Shown: positions 29,901 through 38,206 of the stretch, piece after piece | How positions within the stretch are numbered: the stretch's first letter is position 1 | How the letters are laid out: each line of letters opens with the position of its first letter | Assembly: GCA_963796685.1 (NCBI GenBank) | Contig: CAWCMR010000025.1 | Span: 1,216,001-1,280,000 of the forward strand | Direction: 5' to 3' | DNA: 64,000 nucleotides | Source of the DNA: an uncultured delta proteobacterium | GTDB taxonomy: Bacteria > Myxococcota_A > Polyangia > Fen-1088 | The notes under the pieces: generated by a model | What the model saw: the letters and a program-made list of their open reading frames with translations, nothing else | What the model was told of the DNA's origin: nothing | The model's database searches: none | Made by a program: the position numbers and the translations under genes

Positions 29901-32900
29901 TCGGGCCCCCGCCGGGCGGCCGTGAACTCCCTGGGCGTCGGAGGAACCAACGCCCAGGTGATTGTCGAGGAGTATTCGGTCGAACCCGAGTGCCAGTCGG
30001 TGAGTGGGTCGCGTTCGTTTCCGCTGACACTCTCCGCAACGACCGCGGAAGCCCTCGAACGACAGGTAAATTCATATCGAGAATTTCTGGCGAAGGAAAA
30101 AGCAGTATCCTTGGTCAACGTGGCGTTCACCGCAGCCACTGCCCGCAAGGCCTTGCCATGGCGGCACTCGGTGTCCGGTTCCACCTCAGAAGGCTGGATC
30201 GAGGGTCTGCAGCAGTTCAAGCGCAGCCTCGGGATCAAAGCGCGGCCCATGGCAGATCCCAAGATTGGGTTTCTCTTTTCCGGGCAGGGATCCCAGCGCT
30301 TGGGGATGGGCCGTTGGCTGTATGACAACGAGCCATCCTACCGTCGCGTTATCGATCAAGGTGCGGAGCTCCTCCAGCGCTCGTCCGGAACCGATCTCAG
30401 AACGATCCTGTTTGCCCCGACATCCCAGGCCGCAGCGGACGTCGTACAACAAACGGCGGTGGCCCAACCTGCATTGTTTCTGATGGAGTATGGGCTTGCG
30501 CGGCTCTTCACCGAGCGTGGCATAAATCCTGACTTCCTGATTGGACACAGCATCGGCGAATTCGCGGCGGCGTGTTTGGCTGGCGTATTCAGCTTCGAGG
30601 ACGCGCTGGCCTTGGTCGGACGCCGCGGTGCCCTGATGCAATCGATGGCACCTGGAACCATGATGGTAGTGAAGGCCTCGCTCGATTCCGCGCGCCCCTT
30701 CATACAAGAGCCCATCTCACTGGCCGCTATCAATGGGCCCAAGCTCCTCGTGCTCTCTGGCCCCACCCAAGCGGTCGAAGAACTGCAGGATCGGCTGAAG
30801 TCGGAGAAGATAGGCTCCAGCATTTTGCGCACGAGCCACGCCTTTCATTCTTCGATGATGCAGGCAGCGGCGGACGCCTTCATGCAGGACATGGCCAACA
30901 GCCATCCCGGCCGGGCGCGAATCCCAATCATCTCCACCCATACCGGGCGACAACTGACGGACATCGAGCTCGCCTCGCCGGAGTACTGGGCATCCCAGCT
31001 CCGTCAGCCCGTGCTCTTCTCAGCGGCGGTGACGGCTGCCGCGGAAGGTTACGGCGACGCCAACCTGGCCCTGGTCGAGGTCGGTCCGGGAAACACGCTA
31101 TGCACCCTGGCAGCATCGCACGAAACCCTCGACAAGAGCCTCAAACTTGCCAGTCAACCCTCGTCAGGCATCACTGACAATGCCAGTCACGAACTGACAG
31201 ACTGTTTGGGAGCCCTGTGGTCTTCCGGTTTTCCAGTGAACTGGCAACAGCATTTCGCCGGAACGGGCGCTCGCAAGGTCCGGCTACCCGGGTATGCCTT
31301 CGCACGTGACCGCCATTGGCTCGATCTTCCCCGTCCGGAACCTTCACACCTTCCCCCAACCCCCCCCGTCCACGCGCTGGTGGAAACCATCCAGGAAATT
31401 CCCATGTCTCAATCAGAACATACGCAAAGCATACAACTCCAGCTCAAATCCATCCTCGAAGAGGTGAGCGGCTATGACCTGGCGGAGATGGACCCTACGG
31501 CACAGTTCAGCGAAGTGGGGTTGGATTCCTTGCTTCTCACCCAGGCCGCGACGGCCATCGAGCGGAAATACGCTGTCGGGCTGACCTTCCGTCATATGGT
31601 CGAGGAATACACGAGTCTGGGTGATCTGGCCGCGTTCGTGGCCACCAAGGTGCCTGTCGCCACCAAGACCGCGGCAGTTCCGCAGACAGCGGCCGTGCCC
31701 TCCGTCCCGGCTCAGCCCATTGCGGCCGCCACCTTGCCCGCCTTACCCGCCTTGCCCGCCTTGCCCGCCTACGCGGGGGTGCCGGTCGCGACAGGCAATC
31801 CGTTGCAAGATCTGATCAATACTCAGCTACAGGTCATGCTTCAGCTGGCGACGCTGTCGAGCGCCAACTTGCTTGCGTCCACGCTGAGGAGTTCCGGCGT
31901 CATGCCGGCTCAGACTGCCGCTCCCCAAGGTCCAGCGGCGGTGGCGACCACGCCTATGGCGACCACGTCGGTGGCAGCCGCCCCAATTGCTGCGTCCCCC
32001 ACCCAGGCCGAAGCCGAAGCGCCAGCCAAACCACGGCATACACCCGGCACACGCATCGCGCGCGAAGCGTCCGGTGTCCGGTTTACCTCTGCGCAGAAGC
32101 AATGGGTCGATGACTTCCTCAATAGATACCAGAAGCGATTCGCCCAGTCGAAGGTGATGACCCAACGCTACCGGAAGCGTCTTGCAGACCCTCGAACGGT
32201 GTCCGGTTTCAATCCGGAGTGGAAAGAGATCGTGTTTCCCATCGTGGTGAAGGGATCCAAGGGTTCGAAGCTGTGGGACATCGACGGCAACGAGCTGATT
32301 GACCTATCCAACGGTTTCGGACCGATATTCTTTGGTCACTCTCCAGAATTCGTCACGAAGGCAGTCAAGGAACAACTCGACATTGGGATCGAAACGGGCC
32401 CTCAGTCGCCCATGGCTGGCGAAGTCGCGGAGTTGTTCTGTGAGTTGACGGGCCACGACCGCTGCTGCTTCGCCAACACCGGTTCAGAAACGGTCATTGG
32501 GGCCGTTCGGCTGGCGCGCACGGTCACCGGCCGTCCCAAGGTGGTCATGTTCGAGGGAGACTACCACGGAATCTTCGATGAAGTCGTGGTTCGCCCAGGG
32601 CGGGACCAGCAGGCACTGCCAGCCGCGCCCGGCATCAACCGAGAGGCAACCGCCAACATGTTGATCCTGCCGTGGGGGGATCCCAAGAGCATCGACATGA
32701 TTCGGAAAATCGGCAAAGACCTGGCAGCGGTCTTGTGCGAGCCAGTGCAAAGTCGCAAGCCGGAGTTTCACAGCGCGGAGTACATCCAGCAACTCCGTCG
32801 GGTGACAGAAGAGATCGGCGCAGCGTTGATTCTCGATGAAGTCGTTACGGGCTTCCGGGTTCACGCCGGAGGCATCCGCAAACGGTTCGACATTGACGCC

Positions 32901-33572
32901 GACATGTGCTGCTACGGCAAGGTGGTCGGAGGCGGATACCCGATTGGCATCATTGGCGGCAAAGCCAAGTTCATGGACGCTCTGGACGGTGGACAGTGGC
33001 AATTCGGGGACACTTCGATTCCCGAGGTGGGGGTCACGTTCTTCGCTGGAACCTTCGTAAGACATCCTGCGGCCTTGGCCGCAGCCAGGGCGGTGCTGCT
33101 GAAGATCAAGGAGGGCGGAACGGGTCTCTACGACCAGATGGAGAAGAAGACCGCGGGCCTGGCTGCCGAGGCAAAGCGCTTCATCACCGAGATGAAGACC
33201 GAGGTGAAGCTGGAAGAGTTTTCATCGCTATTCTATCTCGCGGTACCTGCCAGCGCGCACTGGGGCCATCTGCTGTTTCTCATGATGACCTATGAGGGGA
33301 TTCACATTCAGCAGTACCGTCCAAGCTTCCTGACCACCGAACATGGTCCCGAGGATGTTCAGAAGATCCTCAAGGCGTTCAAGAATTCCTTGGCGCAGTT
33401 GATCCTTCAGGGGCTGATCGAAGGCGACGCAGCCGCCGCCAAAAAGTACCTCACCGGAAGCGGCGACATTCCCGCTGGCGCTCGACTGGGGAAGAACGCG
33501 CAGGGAGTGCCCGCGTACTTCATCGAAGACCCGAGCAACAAGGGGCAGTACATCGAGGTAGGCCGGCCATGA
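26928..33572 (+). CDS. Hybrid NRPS-PKS: A-PCP-KS-AT-ACP-class III aminotransferase
   Basis: A: FTSGSTGKPKG, YGPTE, YRTGD. PCP: GGTSL. KS: DPQHR, TACST, HGTAT, NIGH. AT: GQGSQ, GHSIG, HAFH. ACP: GLDSL. Aminotransferase: DEVVTGFR, YGKVVGGG. Confidence 0.95.
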   Translation: MSRLSIPSLFARVASDNPGATAQCSYAADTWHRIDYATLLRQARQVSSALKSAGHKPGDAVVLPSVRTSHLCGHLLGILWAGGHYVFIDPRYPREHQAFVAQECGSRLGLLEEGSPSLDVAVHWLGVDWNREPPDDSDPSPDSELPAYVVFTSGSTGKPKGVVVPHRGVVRLVRDTSYIEFSPRQVYLQLSALSFDASTLELWGPLLNGGTCVLHPDSGATTAASIKDSLESQGVTTLWLTSSLYNTIISEHPEAIRSVRQLLVGGEALSVTHIRRGLELLPETQMFNGYGPTENTTFTTVYRIPRTLPGDTKRIPIGFPIDGTHCEIFNEKLEPELDQAKPGELIVFGDGLALGYLQRPELTSEKFVDVHCADGLKRRGYRTGDLVLRNPDGSYDFVARNDKQVKIDGHRIEPGEIELYLNQLPAIAEARVMLRVGPEGQKRLAAYFVTKAPLDRSVLRQQLEQHFPAHMVPHFLLPMQALPKNQNGKLDESKLPDPFAETTKRQHDHAAVAQCWREILGRSVETSDNFLDAGGTSLEALRLAERLGTRFGVALPATFVFEYPTIDSQNRYFAPQAPKDTLVHAVGGSRIQLAIVGMAARLPGARDVEEYWRNLLTGQESITFFSADELDAAVDDQEKSQPTYVRAKGLVADCDKFDAPFFGVSPIEADLMDPQHRMLLELAWHALEDAGILPGDDGRRTGVFVGANWARYYQQNILPNAAVIKRVGVLGAALGNETDFLCTRVSYKLNLKGPSVNVYTACSTGLVAIAQACAAIEQGQCEQAIAGGVSLITPVKSGYLYQEAGMLSKDGHCRPFDKASNGTTFNDGAAVVVIKRLDLAERDRDRIYAVIKGYAVNNDGVERASFTAPSVAGQVAVYRQALRNASVPASSIGFVETHGTATPLGDPIEVESLRQAFDMQGVPEKSCALGSAKSNIGHVIHAAGAAGFIKAVLAVKHNQIPATLFFTEPNPKLQLDKTPFFVNNMTTSWAISGPRRAAVNSLGVGGTNAQVIVEEYSVEPECQSVSGSRSFPLTLSATTAEALERQVNSYREFLAKEKAVSLVNVAFTAATARKALPWRHSVSGSTSEGWIEGLQQFKRSLGIKARPMADPKIGFLFSGQGSQRLGMGRWLYDNEPSYRRVIDQGAELLQRSSGTDLRTILFAPTSQAAADVVQQTAVAQPALFLMEYGLARLFTERGINPDFLIGHSIGEFAAACLAGVFSFEDALALVGRRGALMQSMAPGTMMVVKASLDSARPFIQEPISLAAINGPKLLVLSGPTQAVEELQDRLKSEKIGSSILRTSHAFHSSMMQAAADAFMQDMANSHPGRARIPIISTHTGRQLTDIELASPEYWASQLRQPVLFSAAVTAAAEGYGDANLALVEVGPGNTLCTLAASHETLDKSLKLASQPSSGITDNASHELTDCLGALWSSGFPVNWQQHFAGTGARKVRLPGYAFARDRHWLDLPRPEPSHLPPTPPVHALVETIQEIPMSQSEHTQSIQLQLKSILEEVSGYDLAEMDPTAQFSEVGLDSLLLTQAATAIERKYAVGLTFRHMVEEYTSLGDLAAFVATKVPVATKTAAVPQTAAVPSVPAQPIAAATLPALPALPALPAYAGVPVATGNPLQDLINTQLQVMLQLATLSSANLLASTLRSSGVMPAQTAAPQGPAAVATTPMATTSVAAAPIAASPTQAEAEAPAKPRHTPGTRIAREASGVRFTSAQKQWVDDFLNRYQKRFAQSKVMTQRYRKRLADPRTVSGFNPEWKEIVFPIVVKGSKGSKLWDIDGNELIDLSNGFGPIFFGHSPEFVTKAVKEQLDIGIETGPQSPMAGEVAELFCELTGHDRCCFANTGSETVIGAVRLARTVTGRPKVVMFEGDYHGIFDEVVVRPGRDQQALPAAPGINREATANMLILPWGDPKSIDMIRKIGKDLAAVLCEPVQSRKPEFHSAEYIQQLRRVTEEIGAALILDEVVTGFRVHAGGIRKRFDIDADMCCYGKVVGGGYPIGIIGGKAKFMDALDGGQWQFGDTSIPEVGVTFFAGTFVRHPAALAAARAVLLKIKEGGTGLYDQMEKKTAGLAAEAKRFITEMKTEVKLEEFSSLFYLAVPASAHWGHLLFLMMTYEGIHIQQYRPSFLTTEHGPEDVQKILKAFKNSLAQLILQGLIEGDAAAAKKYLTGSGDIPAGARLGKNAQGVPAYFIEDPSNKGQYIEVGRP

Positions 33573-36500
33573 GTGGCGAATTCAACCCCTTTGCCGCAGG
33601 CGAGATTCTTCGCCTGTGTCCGACCACGGCCCCGCAGCAGGAGATCATTGCATCGGCGCAGTTCGGTGACGAAGCGAATACCGCCTTCAACGAAGCCGTG
33701 TCTATTCGCATTGATGGTCCGCTGGATGTGGAGCTCTTGGGCCGATGCCTGGACGTCTTGGTGGATCGTCACGAGATGCTTCGGGCGACGTTCTCGCGCA
33801 ACGGGCGAGAGATCTGTCTGCAGTCTCTCCTGCGTCCCAAGCTGCAGGTAGAGGACTGGCGCGATCGCTCGGCGGAGCAGAAGACACAGGCGCTGGACGA
33901 CTTGTGGCGCAACATCGCCGTTTCCCCGATGAACATCGAGGAAGGGCCGCTGCTGTTTGCCTGGCTGTTGCAAATGGAAGAGCAGCGCCATGAACTGGTC
34001 ATTGCCGGTCATCACTTGGTTTGCGACGGTTGGTCATTCGGACTGCTGCTGAACGAACTGGCCAAGCTCTACCAGACCCAGGCGGATCTTACGCGCCTGC
34101 CTCCAAGTCAGTCCTTCTTCGAGTTTGCCGAGCAGAATGACCTGCAGCAGGTTCGCAATGCCGACATCGACTTCTGGCGCGAGCAGTTCCGTCAGCAATC
34201 CCCCGCGCTGGACTTGCCTCTGGATTTTCCGCGCCCGAAACAGCGAACCTTCGCGGCCCGCCGCCACGACTTTCGGATGAACGTCGACCTGGTGGCGGCT
34301 CTGCCAAAGGCGGCGGCGAAACTTAAAGCCAGCCTGGTTCACACGGTGTTGGCAGGGTACTTCGTCCTGCTCTCGCGGCTCACGAGGGCGCAAGACCTGG
34401 TGGTGGGCCTGCCCGTCGCTGGTCAAGTGGCCATGAAGCGGCCCAATCAATTGGGTCACATGGTACAGTTGTTGCCCATCCGCGTGCAGTTGGATGAAGA
34501 CACGCCCTTCTCCGATGTCGTTGCGCAGGTGAAAAGCCAGGTCTTGACAGCCAGCGAGCATCCGAACTTCACCTTCGGGAAGCTTATCGAAGGAATGCGG
34601 TTGGACCGGTCACGGGTTCCGCTCATCGCGACCCTTTTCAACATCGATCAGCCGATGGGGCAGATGGACTTCGGCGCCTGCAAGGGTCATCTGCGCACCA
34701 TCCCGCGGGCGGCGGAGAACTTCGAGTTGTTCCTGAACATTCTTCAGGACTCCGGCCAATTGACTATCGAGGCCACCTACTCAACGGCGCTGTTTGCCGA
34801 GGAAAGCGTTGTCAGCTGGTTGCATAGCTTGGAGAGCATCCTCGCGTGCGCCATCAATGCACCGACGACGAAGGTGGGGGACTTTGCCCTCTGTCGTCAG
34901 CTGAATGCAATCCAGATCCAGACCAACGAGACAAGGGTCGCCACCACGCATCCCGACCTTGTGCGAGCCTTCGCCGCACAGGTGCACGCAACGCCCGACG
35001 CCATGGCAGTCTGCACGTCCGAGACGGAACTGACCTATCGCCAGCTCGACGAGAGAAGCAACGCTTTGGCTGCGGCGCTGGCCAAACGCAACATTGGCCA
35101 GGGCTCCATCGTTGGCGTTTGTTGCGAGCGCAGCGAGCGGATGCTGACGGCCGTCATCGCGGTGATGAAGTGTGGCGCGGCCTACTTGCCGCTGGACCCT
35201 GACTTCCCATCCGAGCGATTGGTTTACATGCTCCAAGATTCCGGAGCACAGGCCGTGCTTGAGGATGACGTGGTGCCCGCGGCGGTCCGCGAGGTTCCGG
35301 TGGAGCACTTGCATTTGAAAATGCTCGACGAGCTGGCCCCGCTGGCCGAACACTCGTTGCCCCCTGCTGACCCGGACCGGCTGGCGTACATCATCTACAC
35401 CTCCGGATCGACCGGCAAGCCGAAGGGGGTACGAATCCAGAATCGCGCCATGGCCAACTTCCTGGAAAGCATGGTCCGAGAACCCGGCCTCAAGCCAGAG
35501 GACTGCTTGCTAGCGGTCACGACGCTGTCCTTCGACATCTCCGTGCTCGAGCTGTTTGGCCCGCTCGTTTCAGGTGCACGGGTGCTGATTGCCACGCGAG
35601 CCCAAGCGAAGGATGGCGAGCAGCTGGCCACGTTGCTGAGCCGTCATCGTGTGAGCATCCTGCAGGCGACGCCCGCAACGTGGCGAGTTCTGTTGGCAAG
35701 CACCTGGGCCAGCACGGTCGCAACCAAGCCCCTGCTTGCGCTGTGCGGAGGGGAGCCCTTGCCTCCCGATTTGATCGTCGAGCTGCTGCCACGGGTCCGG
35801 GAACTGTGGAACATGTTCGGACCCACCGAGACGACCGTTTGGTCCACCTGCAAGCGCATCACAAGCGCGACGACCTTGGTGACGGTGGGGAAGCCCATTG
35901 CGAACACGCAAGTCTACGTGTTGGACCGCAACAACCAGCCACTGCCCGTCTCCGTGCCCGGTGAGTTGTGCATCGGTGGCGATGGCGTGACCCTCGGATA
36001 CCACAATCGTCCCGAGCTGACAGCGCTGCGCTTTGTCGAGCTGGCCGGGATGGGTCGAATCTACAAGACGGGAGACTGGGCAAAGCAGCTTCCCAACGGC
36101 GAGATTCAACATCTGGGACGCCTGGACGATCAGGTGAAGGTGCGCGGCTACCGCATCGAGCTGGGAGAAATCGAAGCAGCGCTTAAAGGATGCGCATCCG
36201 TGCTATCCGCAGCCGTTTACCTGTGGGAAGTAGGCGCCCAGGATGTGCGGCTGGTGGCCTGCTGCGTGCCCGCCGACAGCGAGCTGGACACCTCGACAAT
36301 CCGCAAGCAATTGCGGGCAGTTCTGCCCGCTTACATGGTGCCCCAGTACCTGTTGGCAGTTGGGACGATTCCCCTTACCCCCAACGGCAAGGTCGACCGA
36401 CGCGCCTTGCCCAGACCCGAACTAGCGGAATCCAAGATTCTGGGCCGGTCCGAGCTTCGGGGCCCTGCGGAATCCCTGATCGCCGAGGTTTGGACAGGCC

Positions 36501-38041
36501 TGCTTCGTCCCACGAACCCCATCGGCAGGGACGACAACTTCTTCGAGGTTGGCGGTCATTCGTTGCTGGCCCTGGAGGCCATTCGCCAGATCGAGAGCCA
36601 GAGCGGAACGCGGCTGACACCCGCCGAGATCGTTTCCGAGAGACTGAGCTCGCTCGCCGAGAAGCTGGATTCAAGCAAGCAACAGTTGGCGCAAGATGGC
36701 CCCGTGGCACTGTCTGGCGGCGAACAGCGTCAGCTGTCACCCGAGCAACTGCGCATCCTGAAACGCCAGCTGGATTACCCGCACGCCGTCTGCAACAACC
36801 TGCCCGCGGCGTGGTTCATTACCGGGGATCTGGACGTCAAGATGTTCAGTCGAAGCCTCCAGAAGGTGATGGAACGGCAAACGGCGTTGCGGACCATGTT
36901 TCAAGGAAGCGAGGGGGCCTACCGGCAGGTACTGGTTCATCACCAGGACCTGAACCTGCCTGACTATGTCGACTGCAGGAACGAGGCGGACCCTTCGGCG
37001 GCGGCCCAAGAGGATGCCCGAAAACTTGCCGCCCAGCCTTTCCACGTTCTCAATCAGATACTCTTCCGGGCTCGGCTCTATCATGTGACCGACAAGGAAT
37101 ACCTGTTCTTGGTCGTCCCCCACCAACTGGTCTTCGATGGGTGGTCGTTCGATTTGCTGCTCGGAGAACTGCGAGACACCTACACGGCGATGCGCCAGGG
37201 CAAGATGCCGACCCTGTCGGCTCTGCCTTTCGAGTACCGCGACTACGCCCACTGGCAGGCGAAACGAACACCCGAAGCCAAGAACCTGGCGTTTCACCGC
37301 CGGGCGCTGCCCCTGATGGTGGACACGCCGGTGGAACGTGGGAGCGCCGGGCGTAAGACATGGAAACTCGACCTGGACGCCTTGACACGGATCGAGCAGT
37401 TTTGCGAGCAGAACCGTTTGCGCCTGCACGAGTACTTCTTCTCCGCCGTCGTGGCGGTGTTTTCCAGCTGGCGTCGCCAGGGCAAGGTGAGTGTGGGGCT
37501 CCCGGTGACCGGGCGCTACAGCCCAGAAGTGATCGGTCAGATCGGATCTTTCGTATCGTTGTTGCCTTGCGAGCTCACGCCGGCTGGCGCGACCTTCGCA
37601 AACCAAGCCAGCCACCTGTCCGGCCAGATCAAGACTTTCCTCGAACACCAGGACCTGACCTTGGGTGACTTGCTCGCGGGCAATCCGCTGTCTCGCCATG
37701 CCTTCCTTGACTTCATGGAAGTCAGCCTAGGCTTCCAGGACATCCGCAATCGACCCACCCAACTCGCCGGGCTGGGACTTCGCCAGATCGATATGCCCCG
37801 CGAGCAAACCGAGCTGCCTTGCGAGTTTTGGGTCCGGGTTCAACCCGACGGATTTGTTGCTGTCATGGACTACGACAGTTCCCGCCATGATGAGGTGAGT
37901 TTGGGACAACTCGACAGCATCCTCGCGCCCTACCTGGCGGGACATCCCGAACAGGTGCCAATGCGTACGGAAACATCGACCGAGCGAACCAATTCGCCAG
38001 ACGATAGAAGGAAACCGCTGTGGCGTCGCTTGTTTAGCTAG
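33569..38041 (+). CDS. NRPS: C-A-PCP-C, no thioesterase
   Basis: C1: HHLVCDG. A: YTSGSTGKPKG, FGPTE, YKTGD. PCP: GGHSL. Terminal C: HQLVFDG. ATGA-coupled to the upstream gene. Confidence 0.95.
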   Translation: MSGEFNPFAAGEILRLCPTTAPQQEIIASAQFGDEANTAFNEAVSIRIDGPLDVELLGRCLDVLVDRHEMLRATFSRNGREICLQSLLRPKLQVEDWRDRSAEQKTQALDDLWRNIAVSPMNIEEGPLLFAWLLQMEEQRHELVIAGHHLVCDGWSFGLLLNELAKLYQTQADLTRLPPSQSFFEFAEQNDLQQVRNADIDFWREQFRQQSPALDLPLDFPRPKQRTFAARRHDFRMNVDLVAALPKAAAKLKASLVHTVLAGYFVLLSRLTRAQDLVVGLPVAGQVAMKRPNQLGHMVQLLPIRVQLDEDTPFSDVVAQVKSQVLTASEHPNFTFGKLIEGMRLDRSRVPLIATLFNIDQPMGQMDFGACKGHLRTIPRAAENFELFLNILQDSGQLTIEATYSTALFAEESVVSWLHSLESILACAINAPTTKVGDFALCRQLNAIQIQTNETRVATTHPDLVRAFAAQVHATPDAMAVCTSETELTYRQLDERSNALAAALAKRNIGQGSIVGVCCERSERMLTAVIAVMKCGAAYLPLDPDFPSERLVYMLQDSGAQAVLEDDVVPAAVREVPVEHLHLKMLDELAPLAEHSLPPADPDRLAYIIYTSGSTGKPKGVRIQNRAMANFLESMVREPGLKPEDCLLAVTTLSFDISVLELFGPLVSGARVLIATRAQAKDGEQLATLLSRHRVSILQATPATWRVLLASTWASTVATKPLLALCGGEPLPPDLIVELLPRVRELWNMFGPTETTVWSTCKRITSATTLVTVGKPIANTQVYVLDRNNQPLPVSVPGELCIGGDGVTLGYHNRPELTALRFVELAGMGRIYKTGDWAKQLPNGEIQHLGRLDDQVKVRGYRIELGEIEAALKGCASVLSAAVYLWEVGAQDVRLVACCVPADSELDTSTIRKQLRAVLPAYMVPQYLLAVGTIPLTPNGKVDRRALPRPELAESKILGRSELRGPAESLIAEVWTGLLRPTNPIGRDDNFFEVGGHSLLALEAIRQIESQSGTRLTPAEIVSERLSSLAEKLDSSKQQLAQDGPVALSGGEQRQLSPEQLRILKRQLDYPHAVCNNLPAAWFITGDLDVKMFSRSLQKVMERQTALRTMFQGSEGAYRQVLVHHQDLNLPDYVDCRNEADPSAAAQEDARKLAAQPFHVLNQILFRARLYHVTDKEYLFLVVPHQLVFDGWSFDLLLGELRDTYTAMRQGKMPTLSALPFEYRDYAHWQAKRTPEAKNLAFHRRALPLMVDTPVERGSAGRKTWKLDLDALTRIEQFCEQNRLRLHEYFFSAVVAVFSSWRRQGKVSVGLPVTGRYSPEVIGQIGSFVSLLPCELTPAGATFANQASHLSGQIKTFLEHQDLTLGDLLAGNPLSRHAFLDFMEVSLGFQDIRNRPTQLAGLGLRQIDMPREQTELPCEFWVRVQPDGFVAVMDYDSSRHDEVSLGQLDSILAPYLAGHPEQVPMRTETSTERTNSPDDRRKPLWRRLFS

Positions 38042-38053
38042 CTCTAGTGCAGC

Positions 38054-38206
38054 ATGTTTGAAGCCAACTTCTTCGACAACGGTCGACTGTTCGACATGTA
38101 CCATCCGGGCGGAAGACGCGGAAGTGATCGCTTGCTGAGGTTTGGGCAAGGGACCAGCTGTCGCAATCTAGTTCCGGCGGAAAGTCCGCCTGAAGCATCG
38201 CGATGA
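38054..38206 (+). pseudogene. N-terminal remnant of an alpha/beta-hydrolase (paralog of 46939..47667)
   Basis: MFEANFFDNGRLFDMYHPGGRRGSDRLL versus MLEAAFFSKGRLFGCYHPAHDIASDRLL. Stop overlaps the CocE ATG. Confidence 0.75.
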
